A DNA stretch of 46,755 bases from Elusimicrobiota bacterium (GTDB lineage Bacteria > Elusimicrobiota > Elusimicrobia > Elusimicrobiales > UBA9959): the NCBI GenBank assembly GCA_037137395.1, contig JBAXKK010000009.1:1-46755 (forward strand), given 5' to 3'. Under the pieces are notes generated by a model, which worked only from the letters and a program-made list of their open reading frames with translations, did not search any database and was not told where the DNA came from. The position numbers and the translations under genes are program-made. This document shows, in pieces, positions 36,281 to 45,289 of this stretch; the first letter of the stretch is position 1; each line of letters opens with the position of its first letter.

Positions 36281-36859
36281 ATGAACGCCCAAGACAAGAA
36301 ATTTTACGGGCACCTTAAAAAGTGCGGAGCGCTGCTGGAAGGGCATTTTCTGCTTTCTTCCGGGCTGCACAGCCCCGATTATGTCCAGTGCGCGCTGGCG
36401 CTCAAAGGCCCGGCCAAGGCCGCGTCTATGGGAGTCGAACTGAAGAAGCGTTGGAAGGGCGCCAAGCCGGATCTGATCATATCGCCGGCGATCGGCGGAC
36501 TGATAATCGGGCACGAGGTCGCGCGCGCTTTCGGAGTGGACTTTCTGTTTATGGAGAGGGATAACGCCTCAATGGCGCTGCGGCGCGGGTTTTCGCTGAG
36601 TGCCGGCGCCAGGATTATCATCGTGGAGGACGTGTTCACCACCGGCAAGTCTACCATGGAAGTTTTTGAAGCTGCCAAGAAGGCGCGCGCCGAAGTTCTT
36701 GGCGCGCTTTCGATAGTCAACAGAATGGGCGCCCGGTCTTTCTATTTTCCATCGGCGAGTCTTATAAAGCTGGACCTAACGGTCTACAGCCCGGCCGACT
36801 GCCCTCTCTGCGCTAAAAAAAAATCCCCTCTGATAAAACCCGGGTCAAGAAAGATATAA
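36281..36859 (+). CDS. pyrE: Orotate phosphoribosyltransferase
   Basis: GHFLLSSGLHS, IVEDVFTTGKS, C-terminal CPLC...KPGSR. Confidence 0.93.
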   Translation: MNAQDKKFYGHLKKCGALLEGHFLLSSGLHSPDYVQCALALKGPAKAASMGVELKKRWKGAKPDLIISPAIGGLIIGHEVARAFGVDFLFMERDNASMALRRGFSLSAGARIIIVEDVFTTGKSTMEVFEAAKKARAEVLGALSIVNRMGARSFYFPSASLIKLDLTVYSPADCPLCAKKKSPLIKPGSRKI

Positions 36860-36888
36860 CCCGAATTCCGGCTGAGAGATTCGGGTTA
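36857..36888. terminator. Stem-loop between convergent pyrE and ccdA (possible bidirectional terminator)
   Basis: TAACCCGAAT-N12-ATTCGGGTTA. Confidence 0.5.
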
Positions 36889-36921
36889 ATGCGGCGGAGC
36901 GGTAATAATACGGCACGGCGT

Positions 36922-37605
36922 TTAGCGGAGGAACATGAGCCGGTCAAAGAAGAGGAGAGCCCCGGCCGCGATCAGTACGGCTCCGGCGGCTATCTCCACA
37001 TGGCGCAGAGCGTTTTTGTACCTGGCAAGAAATGCGAAGAATCTGGCCGTCAGGAAAGCTGCCGCTATGAAGGGCACGGCCATCCCGGCTGAATAAGCCA
37101 TCAGCAGTGACACCCCTTTACAGGTTTCTCCCGAAACCGCGGCCATGGCGAGTATGCCGGCCAGTATCGGCCCGATGCAGGGCGACCATCCAAGCGCGAA
37201 AGCGAACCCCATCAGCAGAGAGCCCATATACCCCCCGCCCAGTGTTCGCATCGAAAAGCGCTTGTGGTAATTCAGGGGGTTGAACCTGACCAGGCTGGTC
37301 ATATGAACTCCCAACAGCATCATGACCACGCCGAAGACTTTTAAAAGAATCACCTTGTGGGTCGCCAGGAGGTCGCCCAGGGCGGAAGCGGCGGCTCCCA
37401 TGGCCGAAAAAACCAGCGAGAAGCCTGCCACGAAGACCAGGGCGTTTAGTGTTACTTTTTTAGCGGCCACCCTGGAGTCGCCTTTCAGGAGAGCGCTTGC
37501 GGAGAATCCCGAGAGCATGGACAGGTATCCGGGCAGCAGTGGCAGGACGCAGGGCGTGAAAAATGACATAAGGCCCGCGCCGAAAGCGGTGAAGTATTGG
37601 ATCAT
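36922..37605 (-). CDS. ccdA: Cytochrome c biogenesis / thiol-disulfide transporter CcdA
   Basis: SFFTPCVLPLLPGY and GWSPCIGPIL. Confidence 0.9.
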   Translation of the reverse strand: MIQYFTAFGAGLMSFFTPCVLPLLPGYLSMLSGFSASALLKGDSRVAAKKVTLNALVFVAGFSLVFSAMGAAASALGDLLATHKVILLKVFGVVMMLLGVHMTSLVRFNPLNYHKRFSMRTLGGGYMGSLLMGFAFALGWSPCIGPILAGILAMAAVSGETCKGVSLLMAYSAGMAVPFIAAAFLTARFFAFLARYKNALRHVEIAAGAVLIAAGALLFFDRLMFLR

Positions 37606-37626
37606 AATTTGTTTCCGCCGGTGCGC

Positions 37627-38094
37627 CTATTTTTTTGTTTTATCGGAAGTTTTAGATTTCTCTTCTTTCTTAAGCTCAATTTTAAAGATGTCTATCCCGC
37701 CGAAGCCTATGCTCTGGATGCGGAACAGGACGGCGCGCTTTTTCCCGGTCAGATCCCTGAAAACGGCCTCCATGATTTTTGAGTTGTTGGGCCCGGCGGA
37801 AGATGTTCTTAGAACCGTTTCCAGATTCAATTTAAGGATCCTGCCGGAAGTTCCCTCCTCCAGAAAAAAAGCTCCTTTTAGAATCGTGTCTTTTTTTACG
37901 TAATCCTGCACGAAGCCCGCCAGATCCTCGTCGGTTTCCTGGATATAGGCCTGCGCGTCATCCATATCCGCGGCCTCATCGGTCTTTGCGGTATCGGTAG
38001 AGAGCGCCGCTTCGGTTAGTTCGTTATCCGCCATGGAGTGAGCCTGCGGACATGTCAATAGCGTCAGTGCGCATAATGCGATTAACCTTTTCAT
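37627..38094 (-). CDS. Secreted hypothetical protein
   Basis: Signal peptide MKRLIALCALTLLTCPQAHS; ATGA overlap with kdsC. Confidence 0.6.
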   Translation of the reverse strand: MKRLIALCALTLLTCPQAHSMADNELTEAALSTDTAKTDEAADMDDAQAYIQETDEDLAGFVQDYVKKDTILKGAFFLEEGTSGRILKLNLETVLRTSSAGPNNSKIMEAVFRDLTGKKRAVLFRIQSIGFGGIDIFKIELKKEEKSKTSDKTKK

Positions 38095-38714
38095 TTTCCA
38101 CCCCTCTTTGAATGCAAAATTATTTTCATGGGAGGCTTTTCCGGGGACGGCCAATGTGCCGTCTCCACATATCTCATTATTTCCCGCCAGCGACCCTGGC
38201 TTTTAAGTATAAAATCGCAGACTTCGCGCACTGCCCCGGCGCCGCCCTCTTTTTTTGTTATAAAGTGAGAGGCCGATTTGACTTCAGGCAGGGCGTTGGC
38301 GGGGGCGCAGGCGAGCCCGGAGCGCTTGAGCACTGGGATGTCGGTCCAGTCGTCGCCGACATATGCCACATTTTCCTCTTTCAAGCCGGTGTCTTTTAAT
38401 ATCTCTCTCAGCGGGTCAAGTTTGGAGAGGAAGCCCTGGTAGGCGTAGCTCATGCCTAAAGTCCTGGCGCGTTCCTCGGTGCCGGGCGACTCCCGCCCGG
38501 TGATGACGCCGGTGATGACGCCGAACTGGTTCAAAAGCCGCAGGCCGATCCCGTCCAAAGAATGGAAGGCCTTGAACTCTACCATCTCGCCGTTATGTCC
38601 GGGCAGATAATACATCTTGCCGTCGGTGAGCACCCCGTCCACGTCCATCAAAAGGATTTTTATTTTTTTAGCTCTCGCGATATTTTTCTTTATGTCCATA
38701 ATGATTTCCGTCAC
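38091..38714 (-). CDS. kdsC: 3-deoxy-D-manno-octulosonate 8-phosphate phosphatase (HAD)
   Basis: MDVDGVLTDG, DGIG, ITGR, YVGDDWTD, GGAGAVREVCD. Confidence 0.88.
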   Translation of the reverse strand: MTEIIMDIKKNIARAKKIKILLMDVDGVLTDGKMYYLPGHNGEMVEFKAFHSLDGIGLRLLNQFGVITGVITGRESPGTEERARTLGMSYAYQGFLSKLDPLREILKDTGLKEENVAYVGDDWTDIPVLKRSGLACAPANALPEVKSASHFITKKEGGAGAVREVCDFILKSQGRWREIMRYVETAHWPSPEKPPMKIILHSKRGGK

Positions 38715-39709
38715 GCTCTCGCTTTCCAGCGGTCCGCCAACTCCAATTCTTTTTTTCTGGAGGCGTAGTTCGCCGGCATCGGGCCCAGGTACTTTAAAAA
38801 GAACCAGTTGATGGTCTCTTCAAGCCACGCGTGCATTTCAGTGGAGCGCCAATCCAACGCCTTTTCCGCTTTTGAGATATCCACGATAAAATCCGAAGCT
38901 CCGGAAAAAGGCGAGGCTGCAAAGTCGAAACCGCCGGCTTTAAGCCATGCGTGGTCGGGGACCGTTATCCGGGCCTCTTTATGCAGTATGCGGGCGGAGA
39001 TCTTTATGAAATCTTCCAGCGTTATAACGGTTGAATCGCCCAGGTTGAGGGTTTGCCCGTAAAGGTTATTGCCGTCAATGAGCAGCGAGAAGGCTCTGGC
39101 CAGGTCCTTGGAGAAAATATACCTGGCCGAGACCGCCGGGTTTGGCAGAATAAGCGGGCCGCCGTCGCTAAGCCGCAGCCAATAGGAATATGCGCGCAGG
39201 GTCGGATCGCCCGGACCGATGACTACCGGTGGCCTGATTGTTATGACCGGGAATTTTTTTTCCAGGAAAGAGTTTGTGAACACTTTTTCAGCCTCGTGTT
39301 TGGCGGTGGCGTAAGCGTAATAAGGCTTATCCTTTAAATCGGTCCTGACCGGAAGCAGCTCGGTCTGTATCTCTCTGAAAGGGGCGCAGGCTCCCTGCAG
39401 GGTGGAATATACCGAGGCTGAACTGGTGAAGATATATAGACCTGTTCTGCCGTTGAATACCCGCACGGCTTTTTGGGCATCGTCCGCCGTGTGGCAGATG
39501 TTATCGATGATTACGTCCCATGTCTGTGTGGCCATTCGGGTAAGGTCTATTTCCACGGTGCGGTCTCCGCGGCTCTGGATGATATCGAGAGGAAGGCCGT
39601 CTATGGGGCAGCGTCTCGAGAAGATTGTTATATCGTTGCCGCTGTCAAAAAGAAGTTTGGCGGTTTCTTTGCCGAAAAAGCTCGTTCCGCCTAATATTAA
39701 TATCTTCAT
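38711..39709 (-). CDS. NAD-dependent epimerase/dehydratase (atypical SDR)
   Basis: ILGGTSFFG, SSASVY, YATAK, RPPVVIGP. Confidence 0.82.
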   Translation of the reverse strand: MKILILGGTSFFGKETAKLLFDSGNDITIFSRRCPIDGLPLDIIQSRGDRTVEIDLTRMATQTWDVIIDNICHTADDAQKAVRVFNGRTGLYIFTSSASVYSTLQGACAPFREIQTELLPVRTDLKDKPYYAYATAKHEAEKVFTNSFLEKKFPVITIRPPVVIGPGDPTLRAYSYWLRLSDGGPLILPNPAVSARYIFSKDLARAFSLLIDGNNLYGQTLNLGDSTVITLEDFIKISARILHKEARITVPDHAWLKAGGFDFAASPFSGASDFIVDISKAEKALDWRSTEMHAWLEETINWFFLKYLGPMPANYASRKKELELADRWKARA

Positions 39710-39878
39710 TGTGGTCGATCCGTGCGGTGTGTCGTGGCGCCCTTACGCATATAGTATATAAATTTTAGCCCTGGTGGTTAATCATATTGTGCGTTTTGCC
39801 CGATGCGGCGGGCCTGCCGGGGTCGTTGACCTGCTGGATTTTAATCGTATACGGTCTGATCAATAAAGGGAATGTGCG

Positions 39879-39980
39879 GTTAACATGGGTTAACCAGCGT
39901 TTCGGATCCCGCTTGTCGGGTGAAATGATTTGTTTCGTTCAACCTTTTAGTGTATAATCTTTTAGTTAACTGGTGTTAAC
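39879..39980 (+). promoter_or_regulatory. Two GTTAAC-N4-GTTAAC boxes flanking a TATAAT -10 element
   Basis: GTTAACATGGGTTAAC 39879-39894; TATAAT 39953-39958; GTTAACTGGTGTTAAC 39965-39980. Confidence 0.55.
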
Positions 39981-40005
39981 ATCGAGATTGTGCAAAGGAT
40001 GGATT

Positions 40006-40293
40006 ATGGCTGAAAAAAAAGAATTTCTTTCCTTACCAGAGGCGGCTATTATAATGGGCGTTTCACGCATAGCGGTATTCAAGAAAGTAAAGAAGGGGCA
40101 ACTGGCGGCCATTCGAATAGGTCGTAATTGGGCCGTTCCCGCCGCCGCGCTTGAGCTGCCGGCGTTTGCCGCTCCGCGATCCGCCATTCCGCCGCCGCGC
40201 AAAGTTTTTAATAGCCCCCCCCAGCCTAGTCCGGCTATTATCGAAGAGCCGCCTCCGCGAAAGGATTCTATGGACGAGATGGGATGGGATTGA
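40006..40293 (+). CDS. Excisionase-like (HTH_17/MerR-like) DNA-binding protein with Pro-rich tail
   Basis: FLSLPEAAIIMGVSRIAVFKKVKKGQLAAIRIGRNWAVP. Confidence 0.8.
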   Translation: MAEKKEFLSLPEAAIIMGVSRIAVFKKVKKGQLAAIRIGRNWAVPAAALELPAFAAPRSAIPPPRKVFNSPPQPSPAIIEEPPPRKDSMDEMGWD

Positions 40294-40393
40294 GCGCCAG
40301 TGCGTTCCATCGTGCGCCCGACGTTTGCCTTTTACCGCTGGAATTGATTAGAATACGCTAAAGGTTGTTTACGCCGCATACTCGGAGACTATT

Positions 40394-41068
40394 ATGAAAA
40401 GAACATTATGCGTTTTTTCTCTGCTGACTTTATTATGCGGGCCCGCCGCTGCCGCCAATATCCTTTTCATCGGGGACTCTCACGCGGTCAGCCCCTTCGG
40501 CTGGAAAGTAGACGAACTGCTACGCACCGTGCCGGGGGCGAAGGTCGGAACCTACGGCAGCTGCGGCTCAATCTTCCAGTGGTGGGAAAACGGAAAAGTC
40601 ACACCCTGCGGCTATTTTTTCAGGGACACCGCCGGCCGGACTGAGAAGGGTAAGACCGCCCCCACGCCTATTTTTGACGATCTTATGCGGGATATTAAAC
40701 CCGACCTGGTGGTTGTGGAGCTTGGGGCCAATTACGCCGATGTACCATCCGACGATTTCATCGTGAATGATATGAAAAAGCTGGTTAAAAAGATTTCCGA
40801 CTCCGGCGCAAGGTGCTTTTGGATAACCATGCCGGACGCCCGCAATGGCAGGGAAAAAATTCCGCGTGTGCTCCAGCTTACATACAAAGCTGTTACGCCT
40901 TTCTGCACCTACTTTGACAGCACTCTGGTGACAAAATATCCCGCAAAAGGCGGAGACGGGGTGCATTACTGGTTTCCCGCCGGGCTGCCAATAGCCAAAA
41001 GCTGGGCGGAAGCGGCTTTTGAATCAATGACGCCGCTTCTTCGAAAGTTGCCAGCCGGTAAAGAGTGA
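40394..41068 (+). CDS. Secreted SGNH/GDSL-like hydrolase
   Basis: Signal peptide, FIGDSH (block I), ELGAN (block III), DGVH (block V). Confidence 0.8.
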   Translation: MKRTLCVFSLLTLLCGPAAAANILFIGDSHAVSPFGWKVDELLRTVPGAKVGTYGSCGSIFQWWENGKVTPCGYFFRDTAGRTEKGKTAPTPIFDDLMRDIKPDLVVVELGANYADVPSDDFIVNDMKKLVKKISDSGARCFWITMPDARNGREKIPRVLQLTYKAVTPFCTYFDSTLVTKYPAKGGDGVHYWFPAGLPIAKSWAEAAFESMTPLLRKLPAGKE

Positions 41069-41198
41069 TCGGTGCGGATAAGGTTTTCCGCACAGGCAAA
41101 AAGTATTCCCGCCGCTCAGCCCCCCGAAGCGATAAAAATTCAGGCGTTATTTGTAGGGGCGTCTGAGACGGCGGGCGGCCAAAACTTACATCTCCTCT

Positions 41199-41233
41199 AA
41201 AAAAAAGACGACAACCAAAGGATGGTTGTCGTC
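41199..41233 (-). terminator. Intrinsic terminator for the minus-strand gene 41267-41863
   Basis: GACGACAACCA/TGGTTGTCGTC 11-bp stem; A8 on plus is a U tract on minus. Confidence 0.8.
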
Positions 41234-41266
41234 GTGTAAATATAAACCCCCGGGGTTTAGAATCCG

Positions 41267-41863
41267 CTATTTGCGCATCATGTTAACGATGAAGTTCCAG
41301 GTGTCAGTTGCCAGGGTAGAAGAGACGTAGTCCGATTTAAACCTTTCGCCCACGCGGTAGAGGGTGTTGGTTGACACGACGTAATTGGCGCTGTAGTTGG
41401 AGTCCCATTGGCCGTTCACGTTAAAGGATAGCTCTATCTTCTCAACTTCCACTATGTTTTGTGAGAGCGCGCTGGCCGGAGCAAAGATGAGGCCGTCGTT
41501 GCCGTAGCTGGTGTACTGCGACAGTTCGCCGCTGACATATCCGGTACCGTTCCATTCGGGAGTCAGCTTTATCTGTTTTTCCGCCGTCAGCGGGGCGGAC
41601 CACTGTCCGTTAATTGCCGTCAGCTTATAGTAAATTTTCACATAGGCGTTCACGTGGTCGGCCCTGCCGGCCAGTAAGCCGGATTTCTTATATCCGATAA
41701 CATACTTATAGCCGCTCTGCATCGTGTTCACTTCCACCAGAAGCGCCGGGCCGGCCGTTATGGCTACCGCGCTCTGGTTGTTGTAATCGAGGGGATAGGT
41801 GGAGGCGAAGGCCGCCGCACCAAGAAAGGCCACCGCCGCAATAAGCATAACTATTTTTTTCAT
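41267..41863 (-). CDS. Secreted beta-rich protein with carbohydrate-binding-module-like motif
   Basis: Signal peptide; GQWDSNYSANY resembles the WDNN-x2-NY motif of CBM21/CBM25-type modules. Confidence 0.55.
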   Translation of the reverse strand: MKKIVMLIAAVAFLGAAAFASTYPLDYNNQSAVAITAGPALLVEVNTMQSGYKYVIGYKKSGLLAGRADHVNAYVKIYYKLTAINGQWSAPLTAEKQIKLTPEWNGTGYVSGELSQYTSYGNDGLIFAPASALSQNIVEVEKIELSFNVNGQWDSNYSANYVVSTNTLYRVGERFKSDYVSSTLATDTWNFIVNMMRK

Positions 41864-41898
41864 TATTTCTCCGTGTTGCTTTTATATTTGTATACCTA

Positions 41899-41983
41899 AT
41901 TTTATCAAAATGCAATCCGGGCCATAATAGGCTAAAGGCCTTTAAAATTCGGGCAAGAGACCCATGCCAGCTTAGGCCTTTTG
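41899..41983 (-). promoter_or_regulatory. Putative bipartite operator plus -10 box (CAAAAGGCCTA-N28-TAAAGGCCTTTAGCCTA-N23-TAAAAT)
   Basis: Matches the arrangement at 5330-5413. Confidence 0.45.
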
Positions 41984-42037
41984 CGAATATTTTAGACATG
42001 CGGGACGGATTTTATTGAAAAGTGTATAATAGAAATC

Positions 42038-43126
42038 ATGACGCCGGACCAACAGGAACCCCAGGGCTCGCCGGAAGCGCCGAAGCCTCATAAGCGCCGC
42101 GTTCGCTATAGCGGCAGGAACCCGCGTAGATTTGAAGACAAATATAAAGAGCTCAACCCGGAAAAATACTCCGAGGATGTTGAGCATGTGATCGCGCGCG
42201 GCCGCACTCCGGCCGGCATGCACATCCCTATCTGCGTAAAAGAGATCCTTGAGATCCTTGACCCCAAGCCCGGTGAAACCGGTCTGGACGCCACGCTCGG
42301 CTTCGGCGGTCACGCGCTGGAGATTCTTCCTCGTCTCGCGCCGGGCGGAAGGCTTTTTGCCCTGGATGTGGATCCCATCGAGCTGCCACGCGCGGAGGCC
42401 CGCCTGCGGGGCCTTGGGTTTTCGGAAGAGATGTTTATCGCGCGGAGGATGAACTTCGCCGGGGTCATGGGGCTGACGCGGGAGGCTGGTGGCGGGTTTG
42501 ACTTTATTCTCGCGGACCTGGGCGTTTCGTCCATGCAACTGGATAATCCCGGGCGCGGCTTCACCTATAAGTTTGACGGACCGCTGGATCTGCGCCTTAA
42601 TCCGTCGCGGGGCGTTCCGGCGTCGGAACTGCTGAAATCGATAAGCGTGAAGGCGCTGACCGCTCTGCTGGCCGATAACGCCGACGAGCCGCACGCGGAA
42701 ACCATCGCGCGCTCTATCAAGAGCAGCCTGGCGCCGATAACGACAACTACCCAATTATCGGACACCGTGCGCGCCGCGCTGAAAAAACTTCCTTCAAAGG
42801 AGACGGATAACGCGATAAAAAGATCGCTGCAGCGCGCCTTTATGGCGCTGCGCATAGGAGTGAACGAGGAATTGAGCGTGCTGGACCGGTTTTTAGAAGC
42901 GCTTCCCTGGTGCCTTAAACCGGGCGGGCGAGCGGCTATACTGTCTTTCCATTCAGGCGAGGACCGCAGGGTGAAGAAGGCATTCGCGGCAGGCGCGGCG
43001 GCCGGGATATACTCAGGCGTCGCGCCGACCTGCCTGCGCCCCTCTCCTGAAGAACAAAAGAAAAACTCGCGCTCTTCCTGCGCGAAGCTCCGCTGGGCTG
43101 TGCGCTCTTCGGCGCCGGCAAAATAA
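42038..43126 (+). CDS. rsmH: 16S rRNA m4C1402 methyltransferase RsmH with N-terminal extension
   Basis: HIPI, DATLGFGGHA, ADLGVSSMQLD...RGF, PLDLRL, ALRIGVNEEL, SFHSGEDRRVK, AKLR. Confidence 0.88.
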   Translation: MTPDQQEPQGSPEAPKPHKRRVRYSGRNPRRFEDKYKELNPEKYSEDVEHVIARGRTPAGMHIPICVKEILEILDPKPGETGLDATLGFGGHALEILPRLAPGGRLFALDVDPIELPRAEARLRGLGFSEEMFIARRMNFAGVMGLTREAGGGFDFILADLGVSSMQLDNPGRGFTYKFDGPLDLRLNPSRGVPASELLKSISVKALTALLADNADEPHAETIARSIKSSLAPITTTTQLSDTVRAALKKLPSKETDNAIKRSLQRAFMALRIGVNEELSVLDRFLEALPWCLKPGGRAAILSFHSGEDRRVKKAFAAGAAAGIYSGVAPTCLRPSPEEQKKNSRSSCAKLRWAVRSSAPAK

Positions 43127-43160
43127 TCGCAATATAAATGAACGGCAGGCTATGTCGCGC

Positions 43161-44114
43161 TTAAAAGTCGAAGTAGGCGGCCTCTTCTGCCACGGCGTTG
43201 CACCGGTTGCCTGAGGGATCGGTCATTTTGGTGCGCATGTAGCCACGCTCTCCCCAGGATTTTCCCCAGCTGTTGCGCAGGATCCAGACCCCTTTGCCGG
43301 GGGGCAGATCGCCGTTAGCGTCGAATGTCGCGCCCTCATTATCCCAGCCCACGATGTTTACCATGTGATCCAAGTGGCCGGAGACGCAGGCGTTGTAGAT
43401 TCCGCCGGAGTAGCTTTCCCAGCGTCCGGCTGCCGCCGCGACGCCGATGGATATGGATTTGCCGGAGCTGGCCATATAGGATTCAATCTCCTGGACGGTC
43501 GGACTTTTTCCCTTTTCGCCGAGCATATACCAGGCGGTTATGCGCGCGGCAGACGGCAGGTTAGCGGGACATTTGCCTGCCCCCTGCTTATAAGGACAGG
43601 CCGACCAGAGTGGCTGGCCGGGGGTCACCAGATCGTTGGCCGAATCAAAGTAGCCACCCTTACATCCCGCGGCCTCGGTTGAATTGTCCACCATCCATTC
43701 CTGCGAAAGGCGTCCGGGATCTTTTCCCGCCAGGGCGTGCCCGTCGCGGTGAGTGGCCGTAAGGCTGAAAGCCCAGCAGCTTCCGCACGAGCCCTGGTTC
43801 TCTATCTGGGTCAGGTTCGGGCGCAGGTCCAGGGTGTTGGGGATCTTTATATCGTGGCGCTTGAAGTGTTTCCAGTATTTATCGGGAAGGTCTTTCCTGA
43901 CAAAACCTTTAGCGTGTACGGCTCTTTCCGCGGATGATTGGAAAGTTTCGGCCGGAGGAACCTGTGGAGAGGCCGTGATTTCCAGCCCGGGCTTAAGGGT
44001 CTCCGCGGCGCCGTTAACTCCCGCCCCGTCAAAGTCCACGGTCTCGGCCGAAGCTATCAGCGCGCCGGATATTGACGCGAATATCGCGAATCCGATAAAT
44101 AGTTTCTTAAGCAT
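43161..44114 (-). CDS. Secreted papain-family (C1A) cysteine peptidase
   Basis: Signal peptide, NQGSCGSCWAFS, LDHMVNIVGW, RNSWGKSWGERGY. Confidence 0.92.
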   Translation of the reverse strand: MLKKLFIGFAIFASISGALIASAETVDFDGAGVNGAAETLKPGLEITASPQVPPAETFQSSAERAVHAKGFVRKDLPDKYWKHFKRHDIKIPNTLDLRPNLTQIENQGSCGSCWAFSLTATHRDGHALAGKDPGRLSQEWMVDNSTEAAGCKGGYFDSANDLVTPGQPLWSACPYKQGAGKCPANLPSAARITAWYMLGEKGKSPTVQEIESYMASSGKSISIGVAAAAGRWESYSGGIYNACVSGHLDHMVNIVGWDNEGATFDANGDLPPGKGVWILRNSWGKSWGERGYMRTKMTDPSGNRCNAVAEEAAYFDF

Positions 44115-44251
44115 TAGCCCTCCGTTGATTTATTGCGAACGAAAACTTGTTTTAAGCCGAAGCCCGGCGGTTACTGAAGATATAATACCAAAAAAGGTTA
44201 ACGGACACTCATGGCTCGGAAAGGTAAACCCGGATATACTATAATTTATTT

Positions 44252-45265
44252 GTGAAAATAAATTTATCGTCTTTATCCTTTTTAATGCTTTTTAATTCCG
44301 GAGTTTTCGCCGGAAGCCCTGTTTCTTTTGACCAAAAAAGTGCTCTCCGGGCTCTGACCGACAATGTGAAAATTGCCGTTAAGATGCCTGAGGCCGCCGC
44401 ACGGAGCGGAGCCGTGTCCGGAGAGGCGCCCGGGTTCTGTATTTTCAGCGGCCCCTCCGGAGAACCCCTGAACGATGAAGCCGCTTTTAAAGCCGTCATT
44501 CGCGACGCGGATGTCGTTTTCTCCGGCGAGACCCATGACCGGATGACGGATCACCTGGCCCAGCTCGAAGCCCTCAAGGCGCTTGGCGAAGCGCGCGGCG
44601 AAAAAATAGCGGTCGGGTTTGAGATGCTGAACATGACGCTGCAGCCAATTCTGGACGATTACGCGGATGGAAAGATAAGCGAAGAGGAGTTTCTGCTGAA
44701 GTCCGGCTGGAAGGAGGAATGGGGGTTTAGCTTCAGCCTTTACAGGCCGCTTTTCGATTTTGTTCGCTCCAATAAGCTGAAGGCCCTGGCCCTAAACCTG
44801 CCCAAAAAAGTGGTGGCCAAAATAGCCCGCGCCGGGCTGGACGGGCTTTCCCCCGAGGAAAAGAGATATCTGCCGGCTAAGGTGGAGATTACAAAGAATG
44901 AGGCTTACATAAAATATATAAGGCAGGCTTTTGAAGGGCACGGCAATAGAGCGGGAGGAGCCGGAAAAAAAGGCATGGGGGACATGTTCACTTTTGAGAA
45001 CTATCTCGCCGCGATGTGCGCCTGGAACGAAGCCATGGGGGCGCGCCTGGCCGATTTCCTTAACGCCAACCCCGGATTCGCGGGCTTGGTCATAGCCGGC
45101 TCCGGACACGTGATATACAACGCCGGAATCCCCGCTTCGGCGGGATCACGGACTTCCGGCCTGCGCGCGGTCTCATTTTATCCTAAGGACGCCGCCGTCT
45201 GCCCCGCCGCTTTCCCCGCCGACGACGCGGGCCTCGCGGATTATGTTTGGTACATGGCTCAATAA
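44252..45265 (+). CDS. ChaN/DUF399-family (heme/iron-related) exported protein
   Basis: GETHD...HLAQL...VGFEML, YRPLFDF, ALNLP, AGSGHV. Confidence 0.78.
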   Translation: MKINLSSLSFLMLFNSGVFAGSPVSFDQKSALRALTDNVKIAVKMPEAAARSGAVSGEAPGFCIFSGPSGEPLNDEAAFKAVIRDADVVFSGETHDRMTDHLAQLEALKALGEARGEKIAVGFEMLNMTLQPILDDYADGKISEEEFLLKSGWKEEWGFSFSLYRPLFDFVRSNKLKALALNLPKKVVAKIARAGLDGLSPEEKRYLPAKVEITKNEAYIKYIRQAFEGHGNRAGGAGKKGMGDMFTFENYLAAMCAWNEAMGARLADFLNANPGFAGLVIAGSGHVIYNAGIPASAGSRTSGLRAVSFYPKDAAVCPAAFPADDAGLADYVWYMAQ

Positions 45266-45289
45266 CCGGCAGCCGGATTCCGCAGTTAT

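Noticed and set aside
36815..36823. A9 homopolymer in pyrE as a phase-variation or frameshift site
   Set aside because: The frame is intact and yields the expected KPGSR C-terminus.
33076..36859. Missing pyrB/carAB as a pathway defect
   Set aside because: These genes are often encoded elsewhere, so absence from one window is uninformative.
40006..40293. Prophage or integrative element marked by an excisionase
   Set aside because: No integrase, att-like tRNA end or phage genes nearby; the flanks are ordinary chromosomal genes.
41085..41180. c-di-GMP-I riboswitch suggested by GCACAGGCAAA
   Set aside because: The following GNRA-capped stem and GCAAAGC segment are absent, and the site is not in a 5' leader.
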